From the IMG/VR virus record IMGVR_UViG_3300045988_030546: a stretch of 40,163 nt of DNA; one strand, 5' to 3'. Positions within the stretch are counted from its first letter, which is position 1; every line of letters starts with the position of its first letter. Made by a program: the position numbers and the translations under genes. Shown one piece after another: positions 32,105 through 37,805 of the stretch. The stretch is from a virus. The notes beneath the pieces are model-generated. The model made no database searches, was not told where the DNA came from, and saw nothing but the letters and a program-made list of their open reading frames with translations.

Positions 32105-32410
32105 ATGGTCGACGAACGCGAACTGTCGTTATGGATTAGCCGGTTAGAAACAGAGGAGTCCAGCTGGGCAAACTATGAAAAGCTGGCGGCGCTGTATATT
32201 ATCCAAAACCAGAACCGGGAACCGATAAGGGAAAGCCGTATGGTTGAGGCGTATTCTGAGGCCCCCGCGCCTGACAGCGATTTCCTCCGGGCGGTGTCTA
32301 ACGTTGACCCAGCCCGTGCGTGGGATGTCATGGACGAGCTGATGGACAGCTTGAAAGTGGTCAACGAGCGGGTTTATAATAGCGTCATGCGGAAATTGGA
32401 AGCGTTTTAA
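32105..32410 (+). CDS. Hypothetical protein (101 aa)
   Basis: Last gene of the rightward cassette. Followed by a hairpin. Confidence 0.55.
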   Translation: MVDERELSLWISRLETEESSWANYEKLAALYIIQNQNREPIRESRMVEAYSEAPAPDSDFLRAVSNVDPARAWDVMDELMDSLKVVNERVYNSVMRKLEAF

Positions 32411-32414
32411 AAAC

Positions 32415-32440
32415 GTCCCCTGCCTGTATAGGCGGGGGAC
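32415..32440 (+). terminator. Hairpin terminator candidate after the accessory cassette
   Basis: GTCCCCTGCC-TGTATA-GGCGGGGGAC (10 bp, one G-U pair). The downstream T tract is weak. Confidence 0.45.
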
Positions 32441-32465
32441 AATTTCCCAAGTAAAAATAGCAATA

Positions 32466-32489
32466 TTGCAGATGAAATTACAGATGAAA
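32466..32489. repeat. Two tandem 12-bp copies of TT(G/A)CAGATGAAA (candidate integrase arm-type sites, left arm)
   Basis: TTGCAGATGAAA at 32466-32477 and TTACAGATGAAA at 32478-32489. Confidence 0.8.
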
Positions 32490-32531
32490 ATTGAAAAACA
32501 TTGAAATCACAATGATTATAAGCGCATAAAC

Positions 32532-32559
32532 AGGGGTTCGACTCCCCTCGGCTCCACCA
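32532..32559 (+). other. tRNA/tmRNA 3'-end fragment (T arm, acceptor 3' strand, ACCA): candidate attP core
   Basis: AGGGG-TTCGACT-CCCCT CGGCTCC A CCA. No matching 5' acceptor strand (GGAGCCG or GGGGCCG) occurs upstream, so only the 3' part of the gene is present. It lies about 160 bp from the integrase stop. Confidence 0.65.
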
Positions 32560-32564
32560 AATGA

Positions 32565-32610
32565 GAAAACCGAGAATCCACAATGGATTCCCGGTTTTCC
32601 TTTTATTTTC
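32565..32610 (+). terminator. Rho-independent terminator following the tRNA/tmRNA fragment
   Basis: GAAAACCGAGAATCCA-CAA-TGGATTCCCGGTTTTC (16 bp, one mismatch) is followed by CTTTTATTTTC. Confidence 0.7.
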
Positions 32611-32685
32611 AACGTTTTTTGGCGGTTCTAAAAATAGCAAGCCTTAACGATAATCGGCAAGGTGAAGGGCTATTTGCAAATAAAA

Positions 32686-32707
32686 TTACAGATGAATTAC
32701 AGATGAA
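32686..32707. repeat. Two tandem 11-bp copies of TTACAGATGAA (candidate arm-type sites, int-proximal arm)
   Basis: Copies at 32686-32696 and 32697-32707, in the same orientation as the copies at 32466-32489. Confidence 0.8.
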
Positions 32708-32718
32708 AAATGAAAAAA

Positions 32719-33738
32719 TTAAGAGAGATGCAGCAGCTCTTCAAATCGCTGGTCAATCTCTTCGGAATACTTTTTCTGTTCTTCCTGAATGGTGTGCTGG
32801 TAGACGGTTTTCAGCATATTGTCTGTGGCGTGACCCATGCGTTCCTGCGCGTATTTATTAGGGACGCCGACTGCCAGCATGACAGAGGCGTTCATGTGCC
32901 GCAGATCATGGAAGCGGAAATGGGGGGTCCCTGCCTTTTCACAGATACGTTCAAAGCCGTTATACATGGCGTGACCGGACAGGTTTACAATGTGTTCTTT
33001 GGAATGATCCTGTGCCTGAATCAGCGCGGCGAGATATGGGGGCAGATGCAGGGTGCGGGTTCCACTGAACGTCTTCGTCCCTTTTTCGACAGGGCCAGCT
33101 TCGCCCTGGACGATAGCCCGTTTGACGGAAATATATTCGCCGTCGATATCTTCCCATTTCAGGCCCCGTATTTCAGAAGCCCGCAAGCCCAGCCATACGG
33201 CCAGCAAGATCGGCAGCTCATATTTCGTCTCTTTGGCTGCTTTGAAAATGGCGGATAGTTCTGCCTCGGACGGGATCGCTATCTTCGGCTTCACCTTTTG
33301 CGGAAGCGTTGTGCGGAGCGTCATATCCGGGCGGTAGGACGCAAGGACGGCGCTCAACAGGCCGTGGGCATTGGAAACGGTCTTTGGCTTTTTCCCCTGC
33401 TTGACCAGCGCATTTACCCACCGCTGCACCTGCTCCTGGGTCAGGTTTGCCAACGGCATATTTGCAATCGGTTCCAACAGGTTCTTTTGGATCCGGCGAT
33501 ACCCGGCGACTGTGGCAGGTGAGAGGACGGCGCTTTTGCTGTCTATATATCGGTCAAATGCTTCCGTCACGGTCAGGGCTATATTATGCTGGGCGCTTTT
33601 GATGCCGGATTTCAGAGCAGCCGCTTCCCGCTCCGCTTCCTTCTTCGTGGGCATGGTGATGGAAATCCGCTGCCCATTTACCATGACGTTTACATACCAA
33701 CTTCCGGATGGAAGTTTTGTTGCTTTTGGTATCTTCAT
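32719..33738 (-). CDS. int: Tyrosine-type site-specific integrase
   Basis: 339 aa. An N-terminal SAM-like/arm-binding region is followed by ...LAVWLGLRASEIRGLKWEDID..., ...HDLRHMNASVML..., ...ERMGHATDNMLKTVYQH (R..H-x-x-R..H..Y catalytic layout). Confidence 0.93.
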   Translation of the reverse strand: MKIPKATKLPSGSWYVNVMVNGQRISITMPTKKEAEREAAALKSGIKSAQHNIALTVTEAFDRYIDSKSAVLSPATVAGYRRIQKNLLEPIANMPLANLTQEQVQRWVNALVKQGKKPKTVSNAHGLLSAVLASYRPDMTLRTTLPQKVKPKIAIPSEAELSAIFKAAKETKYELPILLAVWLGLRASEIRGLKWEDIDGEYISVKRAIVQGEAGPVEKGTKTFSGTRTLHLPPYLAALIQAQDHSKEHIVNLSGHAMYNGFERICEKAGTPHFRFHDLRHMNASVMLAVGVPNKYAQERMGHATDNMLKTVYQHTIQEEQKKYSEEIDQRFEELLHLS

Positions 33739-33739
33739 A

Positions 33740-34174
33740 TTATTCCCTCCAAAAACCGATATTTAGGGCGTGCATATCCACAAATACGCACCAGCACAAC
33801 AGCAGGCTAATTGCTATGCCCATAACCAGAATCACGCAGTTCCGAATCCGCAGACCCTTTTCCATGACGTGAATGGTATAGTTTTGCACGTCAATCATCT
33901 CCCGCTTGTTGGACAGGCGCTTTTCCAACCCGTCCTTTTCCGCCTGCAAGGTTTCTTCCGTGGCGGTACAGTGATCGCCAATACCAAAAAATGCGTCCAA
34001 AGACACCCCCAGTGCCGCACAGATACCAGCTGTGGTATAAAGGGCCGGGGATTTGGACGCATGGGCGAAGAAATTATTAACGGTGGAGAGGGGGATGTTT
34101 GAAGCATCGGCAATGTCCTGGGCCGTCATACCCAGCGCGTTCTTTTTTTCTCTGCATAATTCTTGAATCGTCAA
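33740..34174 (-). CDS. Membrane-anchored XRE-family HTH protein
   Basis: TTG start with GGGGGGA upstream. The HTH ...LGMTAQDIADASNIPLSTVNNFF... is followed by a coiled coil and a C-terminal TM segment (ILVMGIAISLLLCWCVFV). Its stop lies 1 nt from the int start. Confidence 0.7.
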   Translation of the reverse strand: MTIQELCREKKNALGMTAQDIADASNIPLSTVNNFFAHASKSPALYTTAGICAALGVSLDAFFGIGDHCTATEETLQAEKDGLEKRLSNKREMIDVQNYTIHVMEKGLRIRNCVILVMGIAISLLLCWCVFVDMHALNIGFWRE

Positions 34175-34390
34175 AAAAATATCCCCCCTGCATGATTAGA
34201 CAAGATATGGACAGGCAGAGTACCAATTTTGGTTTTGTAACAATTTGTCGGAAGGTGTCGAATACCCAAATTTGAAAATTGCCCTACCTATCCTGTTTCT
34301 GTTACAGTTGCATCATGGCAAGCCAATCCCCCCAAGGCTTGCCATCCGGCCCCCGCCGTTTGTTGCAGAGGCGGCGGGGGATTTGGTTAC

Positions 34391-34825
34391 TTATTGCTTC
34401 TCAAGTTTTACGGTCTGCGTAACTCCCATGGCAGACACTTCGTAACTGATTACGCCGTCCTGATAGGTAAATGTCTTTGTGTCATCGCCGCTGGCGAGAA
34501 TTGCCGTATCGGTCTGATCTTTATCATTTTCCGATTCCCAGGTGTACGGCTCATCCGCCGTGGTAGGGGCATCGAAAGAGCCAGCCCAATAGAGGGCTTT
34601 GGTGTCTCCGTTATCAGATACCCAATACACCTCAATGGCATCTCCGGCAATGGTAGCGGCCTGCCATGCGTCATCTGCATTGCTGTTTGTCTGCTTCCAC
34701 TCTCCAACGAGATCGGGTGGAGTTACCGGCTCGTTTTCTGGCTCGGCCTGATTCGTTTCCCCGCAGGCGGTTAACATGCCGAGTGCGAGAACCGAAGACA
34801 GCGCGATAAGCAAAAACTTTTTCAT
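34391..34825 (-). CDS. Lipoprotein (candidate superinfection-exclusion or lysogenic-conversion factor)
   Basis: MKKFLLIALSSVLALGMLTAC carries a lipobox (L-T-A-C). GGAGAG RBS. Two strong hairpins lie downstream (34349-34379; 34305-34336). Confidence 0.75.
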   Translation of the reverse strand: MKKFLLIALSSVLALGMLTACGETNQAEPENEPVTPPDLVGEWKQTNSNADDAWQAATIAGDAIEVYWVSDNGDTKALYWAGSFDAPTTADEPYTWESENDKDQTDTAILASGDDTKTFTYQDGVISYEVSAMGVTQTVKLEKQ

Positions 34826-34916
34826 CTTAACTCTCCATTTTCTTATATTTTCGACTGCACAAAGTGCAATAATCGACATATAGCCCCGTTACTATAATTA
34901 TTGGGAGGGACACAAA

Positions 34917-35090
34917 ATGTTGTGTAATGACGTGGAAAGTGATATAATGATTAGAGAAAAACTGAAAGAAAAAATTCTCACTATGAGCGATGCGCAGCAA
35001 AACGCATTGCTGCTTGCCGCGCGTGAGATCAGGAGAAAATCGAAAGAACAAAGGAGAGAACTTTATGAAAATGCTCAACAAGCAAGGTAA
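34917..35090 (+). CDS. Possible small + strand ORF (57 aa) inside the leftward lysogeny module
   Basis: GGGAGGG lies 8 nt before the ATG, with a TATAAT at 34893-34898. Translates to MLCNDVESDIMIREKLKEKILTMSDAQQNALLLAAREIRRKSKEQRRELYENAQQAR. Its 3' end overlaps the convergent gene 35029..35322. Confidence 0.3.
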   Translation: MLCNDVESDIMIREKLKEKILTMSDAQQNALLLAAREIRRKSKEQRRELYENAQQAR

Positions 35091-35322
35091 GCAAAACGCT
35101 TGTGACACTGGAGAAGCCGGCAACGACAAAGTCGTGCTTTCTCTGCTTTTGGCGATCAATGACCGCCTGTCTCTCCTTCCGGTCATTCTCGGCCTGTTGG
35201 TAGGCAACATATTGGCGAAGCTCATCGATGCGCTTTTCTTCTAATTTCTTGAGCTGTCCAGCTGCGGAATCATCCTCGCTGATATAGCCGGTCTCAAACC
35301 CGTCCTTCAACCAATCGTTCAT
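35029..35322 (-). CDS. Hypothetical protein with C-terminal hydrophobic segment
   Basis: ATGA-coupled to the repressor gene. Charged coiled coil followed by ...FVVAGFSSVTSVLLTLLV.... Confidence 0.5.
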   Translation of the reverse strand: MNDWLKDGFETGYISEDDSAAGQLKKLEEKRIDELRQYVAYQQAENDRKERQAVIDRQKQRKHDFVVAGFSSVTSVLLTLLVEHFHKVLSFVLSIFS

Positions 35323-35657
35323 CGCTTGCTCATCAAAAATTGCGCATAGCGCAACAACTCGTTCAACTCGGCGTCGGTCGCCGTGTCGATAAAATCAAAC
35401 AGCTCTTGAATGGTAGGACTTACGCCCTCGATCTTCGGATCGAGGGTTTCTTTTTTCCCCGACAGGGCATCACCGACCAGCTCGTCAACGGTCACATGGA
35501 AGTAATTTGCGACTTTCAATACCGTTGCATCACGAGGTTTCGTTCCTGACTTCCATCTTGTTACAGACGGCTTCCCTAACTTTAATTCGATTGCCACAGC
35601 AGAGGGAGATTTTCCTATTTTATTGCACAGATGCACATAGTTTTCGTAAAAAGCCAC
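35319..35657 (-). CDS. CI-like XRE-family repressor
   Basis: GTG start with GGAGGGGG upstream. ...LCNKIGKSPSAVAIELKLGKPSVTRWKSGTKP... is an HTH. Divergent from a consensus rightward promoter. Confidence 0.8.
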   Translation of the reverse strand: MAFYENYVHLCNKIGKSPSAVAIELKLGKPSVTRWKSGTKPRDATVLKVANYFHVTVDELVGDALSGKKETLDPKIEGVSPTIQELFDFIDTATDAELNELLRYAQFLMSKR

Positions 35658-35716
35658 AGCTATGCCCCCTCCGTTTTGTGCAATATAATAAAGTTTCGTA
35701 TGTTATCACTTATCTG

Positions 35717-35745
35717 TTGACAGTTCCGCTTGTTAACGCTATAAT
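35717..35745 (+). promoter_or_regulatory. Consensus sigma-70 promoter, rightward (early lytic, PR-like)
   Basis: TTGACA (35717-35722), a 17-nt spacer, then TATAAT (35740-35745). Flanked by inverted GTTATCA half-sites (35703-35709; 35764-35770). Confidence 0.78.
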
Positions 35746-35884
35746 AAGCCTGTAGGTTGCAAATGATAACACAAACCCAAACCCAAGCGAAACCGCCTGT
35801 GTTTGAAAAAATTATTATGTTCCTCGCAAGTTCATAATAACACGGTTAGTTAACTTATGCAACCCTAAAGTTGACTGCGGCGGA

Positions 35885-36185
35885 GAAAAAAGCACCCGTG
35901 GTTCGTTCACGGATGCTTTTCCCCCAAATTTGTTTACCAAAACGCGTTGCACGGGATGGTCGGACACTTTGCTTCGCATTCGTCCGAATTGATGGGTTTC
36001 TTTCCATCGGCTCGGCAATGCCATCCCGGCACAAAACGAACTTGCGCTTCTATGACGCACCGCTCACTTTGACAGTTTTGGTTCTGCCCTTTGCCCTATC
36101 GCATCGCGCCGTTTCTTCGGTTTGGAACGGGCAAAGTCAAAAGGTTGGTCAAGAAACCACCTCCTTGAGATTGCCACAGAGGGCT
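35885..36185 (-). ncRNA. Predicted antisense RNA of about 300 nt, complementary to the early-operon leader
   Basis: Bounded by a near-consensus leftward promoter (36192-36220) and a hairpin with a T-rich tract (TTTTTCT, 5-6 T) on the minus strand (35917 down to 35884). Contains a three-way-junction-type fold (35952-36028). Confidence 0.5.
35891..35917. terminator. Hairpin terminator, stronger for leftward than rightward transcription
   Basis: AGCACCCGTG-GTTCGTT-CACGGATGCT (10 bp, one mismatch). It is followed by TTTTT(T)CTC on the minus strand but only about four T (3 unpaired) then CCCCC on the plus strand. Confidence 0.6.
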
Positions 36186-36191
36186 AATGGC

Positions 36192-36220
36192 AGTATAGCA
36201 AATCTCCCCGCCGCAGTCAA
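36192..36220 (-). promoter_or_regulatory. Near-consensus sigma-70 promoter, leftward, with extended -10
   Basis: The minus strand reads TTGACT-gcggcggggagatttgc(17)-TATACT, with TGc immediately upstream of the -10. It points into the 500-nt early leader. Confidence 0.72.
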
Positions 36221-36245
36221 CGAAATTAACAATTAAAAGGGAGGA

Positions 36246-36452
36246 ATGACATTGCTTGAAGCATGGACTGGCCGAGCGGTCGGTAAGATGCACATGAACC
36301 GCATCTCGTTTGAAGATGTCGCTGGGGAGCTGGGCGTGACAAGGGCGTACATCAGCATGATCTTGAACGGCAAGCGGAAGCCGCCTGACGCACGGAAGCG
36401 CGTGGAGGGCGCAATCGACGCGATCATCAAGCGGCGCGCCGGGGAGGACTAA
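36246..36452 (+). CDS. Cro-like small HTH protein
   Basis: AAAAGGGAGGA RBS. ...ISFEDVAGELGVTRAYISMILNGKRKP.... Confidence 0.7.
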   Translation: MTLLEAWTGRAVGKMHMNRISFEDVAGELGVTRAYISMILNGKRKPPDARKRVEGAIDAIIKRRAGED

Positions 36453-36473
36453 CACCAGAAAGGGGAAACCTAT

Positions 36474-36905
36474 ATGAGTATCAGAGAATTGGAGGCCGCG
36501 TTCATGGCAAGAACGGATGCGCTGTGCGAGAACAAGCCCCCGCGTGAGTGCAACTGCGCTGCCTGCCCCTGCAAATGGATGTGTGATGCACTGTGCGCAG
36601 ACGAGGGCAAATGGGTGCAAAAAAATGCCCCGTCCGGGGGATCAGACCGGGCGGAGCGTAAGCAGAACAACGGGGAGTGTGTTCTTGTGCTGAGTATAGC
36701 ACAGGGGAAAGGAAAATGCAATGCCGAAAGTAAAGTTGAATCGGGATATGCGGCAGGAGCGGATCGACTTCCGCCGGAACCTGATCGAAAGCAAGGCACA
36801 TTTACGAGGATACCGGAACCAGCGGAGCATGGAACGGGCTATGGGCCTGCCGGACGCATGGGTCAGCAAGCGAATCTGCGGTATAACGCGCATGACGCTG
36901 GATGA
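36474..36905 (+). CDS. Hypothetical Cys-rich protein (C-terminal extent doubtful)
   Basis: AAAGGGGAAACC RBS. The N-terminal 80 aa or so look coding (…ECNCAACPCKWMCDALC…). The last 185 nt or so overlap, out of frame, the better-supported gene 36721..36975. Confidence 0.4.
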   Translation: MSIRELEAAFMARTDALCENKPPRECNCAACPCKWMCDALCADEGKWVQKNAPSGGSDRAERKQNNGECVLVLSIAQGKGKCNAESKVESGYAAGADRLPPEPDRKQGTFTRIPEPAEHGTGYGPAGRMGQQANLRYNAHDAG

Positions 36906-36975
36906 CCTGGACAAGCTGGACAAGCTTTTGAAATTTGACGCGCAGGAACTGGCGCAGTTAGTGAGGTGCCGGTAA
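36721..36975 (+). CDS. HTH-like small protein
   Basis: GGAAAGGAAAA RBS. ...NQRSMERAMGLPDAWVSKRICGITRMTLDDLDKLDKLL.... Confidence 0.6.
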   Translation: MPKVKLNRDMRQERIDFRRNLIESKAHLRGYRNQRSMERAMGLPDAWVSKRICGITRMTLDDLDKLDKLLKFDAQELAQLVRCR

Positions 36976-37079
36976 TGGATTGGAGTCTGTTTTTTATGAT
37001 TCTGGGCGTGGCGTATGCGGCTACGTGGCCGTTCAAGATCGTGGATTTCATTGAGGGGAGGGGACGGCATGAAGTGTGA
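36975..37079 (+). CDS. Micro-protein with one hydrophobic helix (34 aa)
   Basis: TAATG-coupled. Translates to MDWSLFFMILGVAYAATWPFKIVDFIEGRGRHEV. Confidence 0.4.
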   Translation: MDWSLFFMILGVAYAATWPFKIVDFIEGRGRHEV

Positions 37080-37191
37080 CAGACGGACGCGGGAGCAGCG
37101 GAAGACGGACGCCTCCGCATGGTTGGGCTTTGTGAGTTTTCTGGCGCTTTTATTGATTGCCCTGTCGTATATGGCGGTGAGTGCGAGATGA
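37069..37191 (+). CDS. Micro-protein with one TM helix (40 aa)
   Basis: Overlaps its neighbours by 11 and 4 nt. Translates to MKCDRRTREQRKTDASAWLGFVSFLALLLIALSYMAVSAR. Confidence 0.4.
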   Translation: MKCDRRTREQRKTDASAWLGFVSFLALLLIALSYMAVSAR

Positions 37192-37388
37192 ACGCAAGGA
37201 ATCGAAAAGAGCGGATGCCGCTATCGCCCTGCCCGGTGTGCGGGACGGACAGCGGTGAGCGGGTGCAATCCACGGACGCGCCGTTTAAGCATTACGTGCG
37301 CTGCGGGTTCTGCGGGGCCAAGACCGGCGGTTACACTAGCCAGAACAGCGCCACGAAGGCGTGGCAGAGAGGGGATGCGTGGAAATGA
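37188..37388 (+). CDS. Lar-family restriction-alleviation-like zinc-ribbon protein
   Basis: ...LSPCPVCG...VRCGFCGAKTGGYTSQNSATKAWQRG matches the Lar pattern (CPxCG...CxxCG...A..aW). Confidence 0.55.
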   Translation: MNARNRKERMPLSPCPVCGTDSGERVQSTDAPFKHYVRCGFCGAKTGGYTSQNSATKAWQRGDAWK

Positions 37389-37594
37389 GATGCAAGGTAT
37401 ATCCGGTGTGCGCCCACTGTTCCACGGTGATGGACCCCGGCCTTTACGATGACGTGGCTCCCGGGTTTTTGATCAACGGCGAGTGCTACTGCCCGGAGTG
37501 CTTCAAGGAGTGGATGAAGGATGCGGTGGACAGCGACCCGGAAACCGTGGCGCGGGCCATGGGGGTGGCGATCATCGACATCCCGGAGGACTGA
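37385..37594 (+). CDS. Hypothetical zinc-ribbon protein
   Basis: ATGA-coupled. CAHC...CPEC. Confidence 0.5.
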   Translation: MRCKVYPVCAHCSTVMDPGLYDDVAPGFLINGECYCPECFKEWMKDAVDSDPETVARAMGVAIIDIPED

Positions 37595-37595
37595 T

Positions 37596-37805
37596 ATGAC
37601 GCAGTGTGAAAAGATCCTGGCTTACTTGGATGAGCACGGCAGCATTACCACAATGGAGGGTATGAGCAAACTGCGCATCGCCAACTTTACGGCACGGATC
37701 TCCGACCTGCGGAAGGCTGGCGTTGAGCTGACGAAGGAAACGGTCATCAAGAAGAACAAAGACGGCGAGACCGTGCGGTTTGCGAGATATAGGAGGAAAG
37801 CATGA
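37596..37805 (+). CDS. Winged-helix DNA-binding protein
   Basis: MTQCEKILAYLDEHGSITTMEGMSKLRIANFTARISDLRKAGVEL... is a common small phage wHTH family. Confidence 0.65.
   Translation: MTQCEKILAYLDEHGSITTMEGMSKLRIANFTARISDLRKAGVELTKETVIKKNKDGETVRFARYRRKA

Noticed and set aside
32407-32640. ORF 32407..32640(-), 77 aa
   Set aside because: It contains …WWSRGESNP…, the signature reverse translation of a tRNA T arm and acceptor end. It spans the att fragment and its terminator.
35815-36620. ORFs 35871..36236(+), 35815..36060(-) and 36096..36620(-) in the early leader
   Set aside because: They have no RBS, use TTG or far-upstream starts, run through the terminator hairpin or across promoters, and have unnatural composition. 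Only the last 18 codons of the 36096 ORF follow a strong SD; that micro-ORF is mentioned in the antisense-RNA finding.
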